Of a stretch of 64,000 bases of DNA, positions 37,622 to 51,160 are shown piece after piece; within the stretch, counting starts at the first letter, position 1; every line of letters starts with the position of its first letter. The translations under genes and the position numbers were made by a program. This DNA comes from Callorhinchus milii (taxonomy: Eukaryota): the NCBI RefSeq assembly GCF_018977255.1, contig NW_024704743.1:72728001-72792000 (forward strand), read 5' to 3'. The notes beneath the pieces were generated by a model, which made no database searches, was not told the origin of the DNA, and was given only the letters and a program-made list of their open reading frames with translations.

Positions 37622-39243
37622 CAACAACAAGAAGATTCCATTTGTAATACGCCTTTCACATCGGGAGGACGTCCCAAGGCGCTGGACAGTGTACAGCATT
37701 TGAGACCCGAGCTGGGGTTGGGGGGGGGAAGGGAGGGGAGGGGAAGGGGGGTGGCCGATGGTATGGTCGAAGAAGAGGGTTTTGAGGTGGGACTTGAAGG
37801 AAGCTAAGGAGGGGGCGAGGCGGAGTGACTGGGGGATGGAGTTCCAGAGGTTGATGGCAGAGTGGCTGAAGACTCTCCCGCCAATGGTGGGGTGGGTGGT
37901 CGGGGGACGTGGAGCAGGCCAGAGCCGGCTGAGCGGAGGGAGCGGGCGGATTGGTAGTCACAGAGATAGGGTGGGGCAAGACCATTGAGGGCTTTGTAGA
38001 TGAGGATCAGGATTTTGAACTGGATCCTCTGAAGGACAGCGAGCCAATGGAGTCGGGCGAGAATGGGGGAGATGGGGTCACGGAGTTTGGTGCGGGAGAG
38101 GACATGGGCTGCAGAGGTCCGGATTATCTGCAGCCTGTGGAGGGAGGAGTTGGGAAGGCCAACAAGCAGGGTGTTTGCATAGTTGAGCCTGGAGGTGATG
38201 AAGGCATGAACAAGAGTTTCAGCGGCCTGAGGGTTGAGGTAGTGGCAGAGTCTGGCGATGTTACAGAGGTGAGGGAAGGCAGAGCGGGTCATGGCTTGGA
38301 TGTGGGGAAGAAAAGACAGTTGAGGGTTGAACAAGACATCGAGGTTCCTGACTGGCTTGGTGAGTTGAAGTGTGCAACCGTGGAGGTTGATGTTGCCAGA
38401 GCCTGAGGTGCTGAGGCGCTGGCGCGAGCCAATCAGGAGGGCCTCAGTCTTGTTCACATTCAACTGTAGGAAGTTTGCCCTCATCCAGGACTTGATGTCC
38501 GACAGGCAGTCTGTCAGGACAGCAGTGGTCCTGGAGTTGAGGGTGGAGGCAGAAAGATAGAGTTGGGTCTCATCCGCAAACATGGAAGTTGACCCCATGT
38601 CTGCGGATGATGTCACCAAGGGCGAGCATGTAGATATTAGAGAGGAGAGGGCCAAGGACAGAGCCCTGGGGACGCCAGACGTGACAGTGTGGAGGCTGGA
38701 GGAGAAACCGTTAGAGGCAACAAAGTGGAGATGGTGAGAGAGATGGGAATCGAACCGGGCAAGGGCAGGTCCGTGAAGATTAAGTAAGGAGGAAAGGTGG
38801 TGTATGAGATTGGAGTGGTCGAGAGTGTCGAAGGAGGACAAGGAGGCAGAGGGAGCCCTGATGACAGATGTTCAGAATGTCATTAGTGAGTTTGACCCGG
38901 GCTGTTTCCGTGCTGTGGGCAGCGTGGAAGCCGGATTGGAGGGGTTCAAAGAGGGAATGGCGAGAGAGAAAGGAGCGGAGCTGGGACGTGATGATGACTC
39001 GTTCCAGGACCTTGGAGAGGAATGGAAGGTTAGAGATGGGACGGTAGGTGGAGAGGAGGGATGGGTCCAGGGAAGGTTTTTTCAGGATGGGGGTGATGAC
39101 AGCTGTTTTTAGGGGGCTTGGAACTGAACTGGTGGACAAGTAGAGGTTGATGATGTCGGTCAGGAGAGGGGCCAGAAGGTGGAGCTGGGAGATGAGGAGA
39201 GAGGTGGGGATGGGATCGAGGGAGCAGGTGGTGGGTTTCAGTG
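37622..39243 (-). mobile_element. L2-clade LINE, 1.6-kb RT remnant (subfamily B tail)
   Basis: ORFs 38780..39301 (TCSLDPIPT, YRPISNLPFLSKVLER, QSGF...HSTETA) and 37804..38841 ([16 protein letters not shown]); frameshifted. Confidence 0.94.
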
Positions 39244-39446
39244 CTACCCGATCTATAAAGTTCCTTTTCTTTTCAAATATAGTCAAATCTGACTTCAACA
39301 ACCCCTTAGGGACTGGGCCAAAGTGGCCTCTATATAAGGGTGGCTTCAGAGTAAGAGTTTGTTGATAGGTGAACCGGGCTGTCCCAGGGTGGATGTTAAC
39401 GGAAGTTGGTTGCTGAATGGAGATGGTTAATTGTACAGGTTTGACG

Positions 39447-39721
39447 TGGAGCCCTGTAGCTCAGTGGTTAGAGCACATGACTCGCAAGCAAGAGACCTGG
39501 GTTCTATTCCTGGCAGTGCAAAATGCTGGGCAAGTTTCCTTGCTCCTCTGCCTCTGTTTACCTTGCAGTAAGTAGTAACCCAGTTACTAGTTGATTGGCG
39601 GATCGCTGTTCCGGGGATAATAATACTTAAAAAAATACTTAATAATTTGGTCACACAAATGAGACTTCTAGAAGATGTGATAAGTGCTATATCAAATGCA
39701 ATGATTATTATTATTATTATA
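39447..39721 (+). mobile_element. tRNA(Ala)-derived SINE, older long subfamily, internally deleted
   Basis: Head, the extra segment shared with the 5265 copy, and tail. Confidence 0.88.
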
Positions 39722-40574
39722 TCTATAGAATGCACTAAATCAACTCAACAACCTTGCTTCAACAGCAACCTGCCAGTCCAGCACCAAAACCATCCAAAAG
39801 AACAAAAGCATCATACTTCTATGTTCCATGTCGCACACCATCCTCACTTGAACAGGTTATTGTTCCTTCTTCAACACTTGGTCAAAGTCCTTGACCTCCC
39901 TACCAAACAATATTGTGTGAGCACCATTGCCACAAACACTGAGAGGTTTAAGAGAAGGCCGAGCACCACGATCACAGGATAGCTAAGGATGGGCAATACA
40001 TGCTGCAAAATGCCAGAGGTGCCGAAATCCTGAGAGTAAATTAAGATAGGTCGGGAGAATAACCTTTTTTTCACACAAATGAATGCACATGTGGAACATA
40101 TGGCAATTAAAAAGCGAATGCTGTGTTCATCAGTTGTCTTTACAAAATGGCTAAATTTCTGTTTGGAAATAGTATTGGAAGATAAAAATAAAGAGCTGGA
40201 GAGGAAAAACATTCACTGGACAAAAGGGTTTCAATAATTCTTGGGAAGAAGGAGGGTAAGTTTGAATGGGGAGTATGTGAGGTGGATGAAAATTCTGGCG
40301 GATTGCTTGATATATTTGGTGATCAAGAAATATTGATACAAAAACCTCTCCCAAGGAACAGAGTACAATGGAGTAGGTTTTGTACTATTCAAGGCCTTTT
40401 CTTAATCCTGTGTTTTTAAATTATGTTTTCTTAATCTTATGTTCAATTATTCAAGGGTGAAAATTGATTTGTGGACAAAAAGTGCGGTACGAAAAAGGAA
40501 CTTCTTTACATTTCAGCATCGTAGTTATTTTAACTAACATGTTTTCACTTGGCCAGCAATTAACAAATATGGAT

Positions 40575-41885
40575 TCATAGATTGTATAGCTCAGAAACAG
40601 GCCATTTGGCCCATCCTGTCTAGCCGGTGTTGATACTCCACACGAGTGCCTATCCTAGATCCTATCCCCATCCTGGCTTTTTCCCCATAGCCCTCAACTT
40701 TATTTTCTTTTAACAATGTGTCCAGTCTTTTGCCACCCGAACACGTCACTGTGGCAGAGAATGCAGACTCCCTCCGCTCATTTGCATGCCTTGGGACATC
40801 CAGCGTCTCGGGAGGTCCTCCCGATTTGAAAGGCGCTTTACAAATGTAATTTGTTGTAGTTAATTTTCTTAATCTCTGGTTCTGGACCACCCAGTATAAT
40901 ATAAAACTATGCCCTCTAGCTCTAGACCCCCTGACCAGTGGAAATAATCATTCCCTAGCCATCGTATCTAAAATTCCCATCATCTTATATGCTCCTATCA
41001 TATCCCTTCTCTGAACTTCAAAGAAAAAAGCCCAAATTTATCAAACAATTCCCCATAACTGCATTTCCTCATTCCATACAACATCCTGGTGAATATTCCC
41101 CGTACCACCTCCAACATCTTTCTTACAATAAGGAGCCCCAAACGGCACATAATATTCCAACTGTGGCCTGACTATTGTTTGTAGAGATTCAACATGACCT
41201 CTTTATCCTGCCTTCAGTGATCTGTGAATTTGTACTCCTATATCCCTCTGTTCTTCTACCCCATTAAGGTCATAGGTTCTTCCTATATTTTGCCTCCCGA
41301 AATGAACGACCTCACCTTTTTTTATCTGACACTTGTTTGCATATTTAGCCATGCTATCAATTCTACCTTTATTTTGATCCTCCTTGGTATTTACTCTTTC
41401 CCCTACCTTTCTATCAACTGCAAACTTTGAGATTTCTCTCTCTATTCTTCGGTCCAAACTATTTAAAGGGTGAAAAGTAGTGGTTCCAGAACAGATCCCC
41501 GAGGAACACCACTTACACCTATCCAATTTGAGTAATTCTTTATTACTCTTTGATTTCTCCCCTGTAGCCACTTTTCTGTCCATTTGGCTGCCTTCCCCTT
41601 GATCCCATATGCCCTGAACTTACTCACTAATCGTTTGTGTGGTATGTTGTCAAAGACCTTCTGAAAATCCAAGAATATCAGGTCTTCTGCACGTCCCTCA
41701 GCAAGCATTTATGTTACCTCCTCAAAACATTCTATTAGATTTGTCAAACAGGATCTTCCCTTTTGAAGTCCATGTTGACTTGCTCTAACTATATTTTCCT
41801 CCTTAACAAAATTGGTAATGGAATATTTGGTTATAGATTCCATTACTTTTCCCCACTACAGATGTTAAACTAACTGGCCTGAGCC
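40575..41885 (-). mobile_element. CR1 LINE RT and 3' end remnant, with a small L2 tail at about 40785-40862
   Basis: ORFs 41463..41708 (IFLDFQKVFDNIPHKRLVSK..GVPRGSVLEPLLF) and 41203..41583 (ISKFAVD..KV, RDIGVQIHRSLK). Confidence 0.88.
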
Positions 41886-43292
41886 TATTTTATTTGACTT
41901 TTAAGCCAAGGCTTTTATTCAACATTTGAATAGTTATAATTAAGTGAGTTGATTTACAAAAGACAGAAAAACTTTTATTCAATATTTCAAAAGTTGTAAT
42001 TAAGTGACATGTTTTATAGAGAAAAGTTCTTTAAAGGGAAGGCAGATATGAAGTACAATGCAATTCTAACAGCATCTGCAGTACCCACCCAAGTAAGTCA
42101 CGATCTAATCTATTCTCTTCACCATCTGTAACAAGGGTCTTAATATGGCATAACATTAAGTTATCAGTAATACACCTGCTCGCTCCCTGGCCTGTGAATG
42201 AAAAATAGAATCTTGTTTAACTGCCATCAGGCTCAAAGCTACCCAATTAGCATATTCATTACATAAGGGAAAAGGATGCTCCATGCCAACGCCTGCATTG
42301 CCACTTCATTATACGCCCCATCTGCCAAATGTTCCACTCATGATATGGGTAGACATGCTTGGTTTTAAATAATGGCACAGTCGGAGTCCTGGAGCTTCAG
42401 GCAATACATAATAAATTGGGATGCATCAGCTGTTAAATGTGCATTTGCAAGGGTCAATGATTTGTTCTAATCATGTAATGCCCTGCAAAGCTATATTAAT
42501 ACACTGGTATTTAGTATTTTATATTATTGAAGATAAATAACACAAACTAACGAAGAAGCAGAGGCAAAACATCGAAAAAACAATATGGATTATTCTAGGG
42601 GTAGCTGTAAAGAGCAGTTGGATACTACAGTAGTTAAGTTGCAGTTTACACTGTAACAATTGTGTATTCAAACACAAGGAAACGTTCTCAACAGGGCTGG
42701 CTAGTGAACCTCCATCCAAACCTTTTGCAAGATTGACATCATGGATTCATCCCTTCATAGAATATTAGAAACCTACAGCACGGACGAAAACTATTGAACC
42801 CACCTCTGCCAGCTCTCTGAACAAGCTATCCCATTCCTCTGTCCTTCTCCCATACCCTTTTATAGTTCTTATCTTCAAATATTTGCCCAATTTCTGTTTA
42901 AGTGATCTTCAAAGGATCTGCAGCGCACAGAGTAATTTTCAATAAAATGAGGGAAAAGGCAGCTAAATGAGACTGCATTCAAAAAGAAAATAATTTACAT
43001 TTATATAATGCCTTTCAGATTGGGAGGATGTCTCAAAGATACAATGGACCGAATAGCTTTCTTTTGTGCTACAAATTTCTATGGGTCTATGGAAACATTA
43101 AAACACCTGTCTAACTCACTCACAAACTGCTCTGTCGTACACAAAACAAATTGTGCAGCTACCTGTACTATACAACACACAGAGGATTGTGGCAGCAAAA
43201 AAAACTTACTGTAAAATGTGTATTATCTTATCAATTTGAACAAACTAATGTGTATTTTACATCTTATGTCGAAAAAGTAAATTAACAATATG

Positions 43293-43885
43293 GATAATAA
43301 TTCTAACATTTGATATAATGCCTTTTATATCAGGAGGGTGTCTCAAAGTGCTTCATGAGATATTCTGTAAAGTAACATGGCAGTGTGTTTTGTGGGCGAA
43401 CATGGCAGTCAATTTGCGCACAGCGGTGTCCCACAAATAGCCATGAAGTGAATGATCAATTTTTATTTGGGGCATTGTTGGCCAGGACACCGAGACAAAT
43501 TTTCTTCTCTTTTCAAATATAGTCAAACCTGACTTCAACCACCACTCAGGGGACTGGGCCTAATAATAATCCCTCCAAAAAAACAAAACAATAATAAAAT
43601 TGGTCATTTTCAATCCATGACTGTTTGTGGGACACTGCTGTGCGCAATTGGCTGCCGCGTTCGCCCACAAATATACAGTCAATTCACTTTACAGTCTATT
43701 CTGTGAAGCGCTTTGGGACGTCTAGAAGACGTGAAAAGCACTATATCAAATGCAAGGATTATTATTATAAAGGGACATATAACTTTATATAAGGGTGGTC
43801 TCTGAATAAAGGTTCATTGGTTTGTGAACCAGGCTGTCTACTGTGTTTTAGCAGAGAGCGGTTGCTGCATGGAGAAGGTTGCTTG
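43293..43885 (-). mobile_element. Deu-type SINE variant interrupted by a SINE; second copy of its upstream part at about 39255-39430
   Basis: cttttcaaatatagtcaaayctgacttcaac...gggactgggcc|aaag...tatataagggtgg is shared with 39268-39345. Confidence 0.7.
43559..43768 (+). mobile_element. 5'-truncated tRNA(Ala)-family SINE
   Basis: Starts at cctaataataatccctcc and runs to the (TTA)n tail. Confidence 0.92.
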
Positions 43886-43923
43886 AACAAGTTTGACTGT
43901 ATTATCATGGGATCTTTAATGTC

Positions 43924-44265
43924 CAACAACAATATATAGTGCACTTCATACTGGGTAGCGTCCCGGAGCGCATGACAGTGGTGGAGGTCTGACACCGAGC
44001 CGAGGGAGTGGGGAGGTGACCATAACCATGATTAAAAAGGAAGGTCTTTAGGCGTAATTTGAAAATGGGGAGGGAGGAGTCAAGGCAGAGGGATTGAGGG
44101 AGAGAGTTCCAGGGTTTCAGTAGCTGAAGACACAGTCGCCGATGGTGGAGCGAAGGGTATGAGAGGCCGAAGCCAGCCGAGCAGAGGCAGTGGGTGGTGG
44201 AGTGGGGGGTAACTAAATTAAATACGTAAGGAGCTATGAGGGGATGAAGGGATTTGAAAAACGAT
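43924..44265 (-). mobile_element. L2 3' fragment (subfamily A)
   Basis: Reverse-complement match to 12410-12765. Confidence 0.8.
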
Positions 44266-44759
44266 ATCTGGCTGACGATAAAAAAAAGGTGCTATATCAA
44301 AAGTATTTGCTTAATATTATTTCACGGTTGTGTCTTCTTATTTTCTTTAATTTTTCTAGTCTCTCATAGCCATACACGGGTTGACTATGAAACGTACACT
44401 TGGTCAAAACTATCTCACAAACTTTTGACGATGACAGCGTCAAATTGGCAGCCAAGAAATGCACAAGAACACTCTGGTGATAACACTTTCTCCAATTTCA
44501 CTATGCATTCCATTGTTCCATTGAGTCAGCATTAGGCGACCTGCCCTCAAGCAGTAGGCTTACATCGGGACCTCAGTTGAGTGGGGTTCAAACCTACACT
44601 TCATTCATCACTGAGAGATCTAACATGCTTAACCACAGTGCTCCCCAATCAGAAATGAATAACAAAGATCCGATAGTGTTTGCTTTGTGCTGGTGTAGTC
44701 CAAATGAAGCCTGAATTGCTGAGTTTCCAACTTGCCACATATGATCCATCTGTTCCAAA

Positions 44760-44786
44760 CTGACTGACTGACTGACTGACTAACTG
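44760..44786. repeat. (TGAC)n microsatellite
   Basis: tgactgactgactgactgactaactg. Confidence 0.85.
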
Positions 44787-45334
44787 AGATAACAACTAGT
44801 AAGAACAATCAGTTATATTGTTATACATTCTCCAATGTACTGTAGTTTTATCACAATGTACCTCCTGCTGCTTCACTGTTTTAACATTTCACAAGATACC
44901 AACACTCACATTAGGGTGTAATAGATTGGCATAACAGCTGTGGCAGAAAAATAACTTACAGTCCCATACAGATATTTTGAAAGCGATAGTTTTGCTAGAC
45001 ATGTTCTGGAAGTGTTAATTCATTTCAGATTCACTGGTGGTTTTCGCCCATCTGTTCCATATTAAAGCACTGCAAATATTGTAATCAGATGTCACAGATA
45101 TCGGTGCAATGTAAACCTATTCTTTTCTATGGTTTCTACATCTGTCACATAAAAATCTTTGTGTATCAAAACCAGCAATCAATTATTTAATGTACATATA
45201 CAGCAACAGCAATTAAAACAAAACGTACCAATAAAAAAATGGTCTTGCAGGATACACCTCCTACACTTATTTTGCATTTTGTTTCTGTATGTCATGATTT
45301 CATACATCTGGCAATTGACTTCAATTAACCTTAA

Positions 45335-45657
45335 AATAATAATAATAATCCTTGCATTTGATATAGCGCTTTTCATGTCGGGAGGACGTCCCAAAGCACT
45401 TCACAGAACACACTGTAAAGTGAATTGACTGTATATTTGTGGGCGAACGCGGCAGCCAATTGCGCACAGCATTGTCCCACAAACAGTTGTAGATTGAAAA
45501 TGAACAATTTTATTTTATTATTGTTTTTGGTTTTGGAGGGATTATTATTAGGAGTGTGGAGTAAGGAAACTTGCCCAAGGTTTCTCCCTGCCTGGAATTG
45601 AACTCAGGTCTCTCGCTTGCAAAGCGAGTGCTCTAACCACTGAGCTACAGGACTCCA
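45335..45657 (-). mobile_element. tRNA(Ala)-derived SINE, young subfamily
   Basis: Full-length reverse copy. Confidence 0.95.
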
Positions 45658-46272
45658 TTTGAGCTACAGTAATAATTCACAGAAAATATTTAGTAAGGCA
45701 TAGAGTGTACAAATGAGAAAACCATTTTACCCATCAAATACAGGAGAACGCTGTTAAGAAGCCTCACTGACGTCACTTACTTATAACACAGCCGCTGACA
45801 CTTTAGACCCAACCGGCCTATTCTCTGTACTGATGCTCTCTAAAACGCAGTTTTGATTCTGTTTCCTTTAGGGTTATTCTGCTAAAAGGGCCAGTATGTC
45901 TGATTATTCCATCTTTCTAAATGTGGATCAATTCCCTTCACTAACTGCAGACAAGACAGGAATTTCTCACATAGTCACATGGGGACCCAAATAACTTTTT
46001 TTTTAAATGGGGAAACTCAATAAAACATTTCTAATAATGTTTTTCTTCTTTGCTTGTACAGAGTACAAACAATGGGTGAGCGAAACACTTTGCTTGTATT
46101 AAATACTTTGCTAGAAAACAAACAGGAGCAATGGGAGTGTTTTATTTATTAATTTATTAATCTAAATTTTTAGAAAATGTAGCATAAAAGACAACCAGGA
46201 GAAGTGAACTATAGAGTCACTCACAACTGCAATCCAACTATCCACAACTCTGCTTATCTACATTCAATCTAT

Positions 46273-46672
46273 GTCAGCTTGGCTCAGTTGGTAGGAGTCT
46301 TGCATCTGAGTCAAAAAGTTGTGCGTTCAGGCCCTACATAGTCTGAGCTGCCACTCCAATTGAGTGCTGGGGTGTGTGAGATTGTCAGAGGTGCTGTTCT
46401 TCAAATTAAATATTAAACTGTTTGCCTACTCAGATGGACAATAAAGATCCCATAGTACTACTTGAAAAGAGAAGGGAGTTTCTCCTGATGTCCTGGCCAA
46501 TAATCCCCCAAATAAAATTAGTTTCATGGCTATATGTAGGACATTGCAGTGTCTAATTGGGCTGCTGCATTCATCTATAAATACACATCCACTTCCCAGT
46601 AAATCCTGTGAAGCACGATGGGATGTCCTTCCCATGTGGAAGGTGCTATACCAGATGCAAGGATTGTTACTA
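46273..46672 (+). mobile_element. Old Deu-type SINE, near full length
   Basis: ggctcagttggtaggagtcttgcatctgagtcaaaaagttgtgcgttca head, central aaagatccca...tcctggccaataatccc, and L2-type tail. Confidence 0.8.
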
Positions 46673-46756
46673 TTTCTAAAAATATATATCTTACCACTTC
46701 ACTGAAAAGTAACGTATGTAAACCATGCTGTTATTCTGATGGGAGTAACAAAAACC

Positions 46757-47125
46757 ACAACAAATAACAACTATTGCATTTATTTAGCCCCTTTCACATT
46801 GGGAGAATGTCCCAAGGCGCTGGACAATGGAGGTTTGGCAACTGAGCTGGTGGTTGGATTCAGGGGAAGTGGGGGATGGAGGGTACAGGTAGAAAGATGA
46901 CCAAGGACACGGTCAAAGAGGAAGATCTTAAGGTGGACCTTGAATGTGGCAAGGGAGGGCTGAGGTGAAGGGACTCCAGGACACAGATGGTGGAGCAGGT
47001 AGCGCAGGTCAGTGCCTGCCGAGTTGTGCACCAGTTGGAAGGGCTTTAGAAGGTAACAGAGGTAGGGGTGGGGCATGACAATGGAGGGATTTAAAAGAGA
47101 GGTCCCTGAAATGGATCCTCTGGAA
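46757..47125 (-). mobile_element. L2 3' fragment (subfamily B)
   Basis: FKVHLKIFLFD and tail tgtccagcgccttgggacattctcccaatgtgaaagg. Confidence 0.82.
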
Positions 47126-48626
47126 CATTTCATATTAACAACCATTTTGTTGGATAGAGGGAAATGTAACAATAAATGGTTTAAAAATGGAACAGCTACA
47201 CTTTGCAATGTATCCCGCTTTGAGGTGTCCTCCTGATGTGAAAAGCATTATATCAAATGCAAGAATCATTATTATTATAGCCAAGTAGTTTTAGTTTTAC
47301 AAGTTTGTCATTTTCTGCTATGATGTCTGAATCAAGCTACCTCAATAAAGGGTATTAGAAGAATTTAACGTCAGAAAATACAACAATAAATCATATCACT
47401 AGCAAAAGGATATTATGATTGTATCAGATGACACCATCTGCTGAAAGTGAATTGCAAGGAAATATAGTCGAACATTTAAGGTCACACAACAAAGTAAAAT
47501 GGAATATAAGTGGCAAACATTGTAATAATCCCTTTTTTGTCCCCCTTTAAAAACTGCTGCATGTCTAGACCCCTGTCATCGTATGATGGGTCTCGGCCAA
47601 CTTTCCTATTAGTAGTCCTGATTCAGTTTCCTTCAGGGGTATGCATTGTCCTCAGCAGTCAAATGGGGAACAAACCGATTCGTAATTGGTTCAGGAATCT
47701 CCCATGGAAACCGCAAACAATTACAAAAGAACCTCTGTTCTTGGGATACCTGCACAATTGCTGCCTCTAAAGGGTCTTCACCTCTATACATTTTCAGTTC
47801 TGAACCAATGGAAAATAAAATGATACCGCAAAAAAAGTCCTGATGGAAAGGTCATTTTAGACGTTTGGAATGTTGAAGACAGAGAGTCAGGAGAAGTGGT
47901 AACCTCATACTCACTTCTTGTGTTTTATTTCACAATGCTATGCAACATTAAGGACATTAATGTGAGGACGAGAATCCTGAATTCAATCCTCTGGAACAGA
48001 TTCGTCAAACAAATACACAGTCACTCCACTTCACAGTAAAATCCTGCAAAGCACTTTGGGTTGTCCTCCTGACATGAAGTGCTCCATACCAAATGCAAGA
48101 ATTATTATTATTACTAATATCAAAACAATTTGCACAACTCTGACTCAAAAGGTTTACCAGTCAGCACAATAACAACTTCAGTTATAAGGCTGAAGTGTAA
48201 CTGAAATGAGTCCCACAGTTGTATTGATTAGTATTTTCTCTGGATGCTTTAGGACTGAGTAAATACTGTACACAAAATTGAGTAGTTTCGCACACAGATC
48301 TTTTCATAAGCTCAAAGTAATTGCATTGCTGCTAGCCACAAATGTTACTGCAAAACAAGTGATATTCCTTTGTACTTCAGTCTCATTAATTCAGGTAAGT
48401 TAGCTCATCCCTCTCGCTGCGCCTCCACTGAACAAAGGCACAAATTAAAAAACTGTATGTGAAGTGTCAACCCGCACTGGGCATATCTATTTATGGTTCC
48501 TTGCATGATTTAGCAGACTTTGTGAAGAAAAACATGCGTCATGGTTCATGAACTCCTTGAAACAATTTGAAAAATTCTATTACTTTAAGCCAATAATTCA
48601 TTATGGATCCATATCGTAATTCTTAC

Positions 48627-48689
48627 CTTCACATTTTCTGGGTGGAGTCCTCCTGGGTGTTTATCCATGTACTGACATAAATCAGTATG
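48627..48689 (-). CDS. CDK14: CDK14 internal coding exon (63 bp), HTDLCQYMDKHPGGLHPENVK
   Basis: Not in the ORF track. Minus strand reads cattgtcctag|CAT ACT GAT TTA TGT CAG TAC ATG GAT AAA CAC CCA GGA GGA CTC CAC CCA GAA AAT GTG AAG|gtaaga, phase 0/0, and joins both neighbouring exons in frame. LCQYMDK is CDK14-type. Confidence 0.95.
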
Positions 48690-50749
48690 CTAGGACAATG
48701 GAAAGAGAAGAAACAATTTTACAAACTACTTAATAATGCAGAAGAATCAGCATGGGCTTTATTGTGCCTTAGCATTCAGTGGCTTAGTTCTCAACAACAC
48801 TACTTAACCAAGTGTTGCAATTCTTTAACTAAAACTGGGCATACCAAGTTATCAGCATTTGCTTCCAAACTGTATATGAAGAACCACACAAACAATTATA
48901 TTAACAGCAAACTTTGATTATTTATACAAAACTTTTTAAAACTATACATGACTCACAGTGGAGGAATCATGACCCATACTTTATGTATCATAATTAAAAA
49001 ATGAATTGTGTTGCAGTAACAAATGAGAATTGAAAAGTGTCATGACTATTAACCCCAAAGGATCTGACCTGTGAAAATACGGAAAATAAACTATTGCCAG
49101 GTTTATGTACAGATGTTTATGAAAACAGGCAACGAGGTCTAAGCAAGTTGTGCAAGCCAAGTGTAAGTGTGGGCGATTATGCGAGTTAAGTAACCAATGT
49201 GCAAATGCAAGCCTGTAATTAGGGAATGAACAATCAATGAAACATTTAGTTTTAGTTTATATGAGTTGCATAATAGACCCCAATGTGTTCAAAGGTGTCT
49301 GAACGCTGACACTCAGTCTGGCCTATTGTATTTTGGTTCTGAACAAATTCTTTAATGAAGAGAGGTAACAGGATCCAACAATTTTGAGCTGAACAAATGC
49401 AACAATTACCTAATGTTTGTCCACAGATTTAGTTGCTTTTATTGTGCAAAATGTTTTGGAATCAGCAGAGGTTATAATAGCAGAGCAAAAATATTCCATC
49501 TAACTGCTATTCCAGTTTCACTAAAAATGCCTTCAATGTATCCATCTCTAAATATAAAAACACAACTTAATATGATTCTGATTTAAGTCCTTTTCAACAT
49601 TTAGTAAATCAAAGAAGCAGATGTATAAAAACTCCTATAATTAGAAAATAGCAATGCAAAACTCTCACAAACTAATTCTCAAAAAGGGTAGGTGTCTGAG
49701 CTAATCTTTAAATTAAGAACTTTCTGTACTTCTAAACTTCCAATTCAAGAAATTCTGCAAAATGATCGAAACATTTACAACAATGGTTTTAAGTATACCT
49801 CCATGAAGATTTTCTCACATAATTTGACTTTATAATAATTATACTTGCATTTGATACAGAGCCTTATCAAGTCACCGAAGCACTTCACATGATTTTATTG
49901 TAAAGTGCTGACTGTGTATTTTGTAGGCAAACATGGCAGCCAATTTGCATGCGGCCATGGAGTGATTGTACGATTTACATGTTGGAGCTCTAATATTTGT
50001 GAATTTATTAAGTTTCACCGCAAGGTAAAATGGATTCATTCCAAAAAAATTTTTTTTTGTTATAGATGTCGGAATGCAATTTTGAGCAAGATGATGGGTA
50101 ATACTGACAAATATTAGCTAGCCTTCCATCTTCTAATTGAATGATGAAAATCTATCTTTGTAGGCATATTACCCTGTCAGTAATGCATGGCATGGTGATG
50201 TGCAGCAGATAATAAAATATTTTAAAAAATATAAAAACTGCAATTAATTTGACACATTTATTATTTCCATAATTAAATGTCAGAAGATAACGCAAAAGAC
50301 CACATTATATGTAATCTGATCTCTGAAATGCTATACATAATGAAAGGGAAAACATTTTTAATTGCAAATTTTGTTAAAAAATAAATCAGTTTCCAAAGGG
50401 TTTTCCAGTGACCTGAAAAAGTACCTTCTAATACATAATCTAAATTACCTCATCATTTAGTATGAATTATGTAAAGATGTGTTTGACTTTGAAAGGTCAC
50501 GCAGTTATCAATTAATCTCACTTTTATATTATTCCATAAAATATTGATCATTTGTCCTGGCCAGCCCAGAAATACAGGACAAGGATAATTCATTTTTCAT
50601 CCACTTGAATAAGAAACACATCAGATTATCCCAGATTGTCATTGTTCCTGCCAAACCCTAGACTGTGACTGCCAAAGGGCCAATGGAATATGGAGGATAT
50701 AACAGTCAAACCTGCTGCTGCTGTCTTCAGTTAGTACCACAAAGGGCTT

Positions 50750-51160
50750 TCAGCAAGTAAAGAAATACTTCCTGGTGTCTGCCTTGAAATTGGCCTTTCA
50801 AGCCTAAACCTGTATCCTCTTGTTCTGTTGACCCAGTGCATCTGAAAGTATCCCATTTAAAGTCTTACACATCTCCATAAGATCCCCTCCACCATGTCTC
50901 TTTTCCAAGAATAAGGAGTCCTCCCTAGCTTGTCTCATCTTTGATCATAGATCATTTCTCTTGGACCGGGATCATCCTTGTTGCTCTTCTCTGCCCTGGT
51001 TAGCTCCTTATGTCATGGCAAACAGAAGGGTATGCAGTACTTCAGCATGGCTAGAGCATGACACATCTTGAGTACAGCATCTAGGGATCTGAACTCAGCT
51101 GATTCAGAAATATCATTCTAGTTTTATTGTTTATTGCTGCCTCACACTGTTTTGACTTGT
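50750..51160 (-). mobile_element. CR1 fragment
   Basis: Similar to 9370-9750 (acttcctggtgtctg...tcctcttgttctg...ctccataagatcccctc). Confidence 0.65.
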
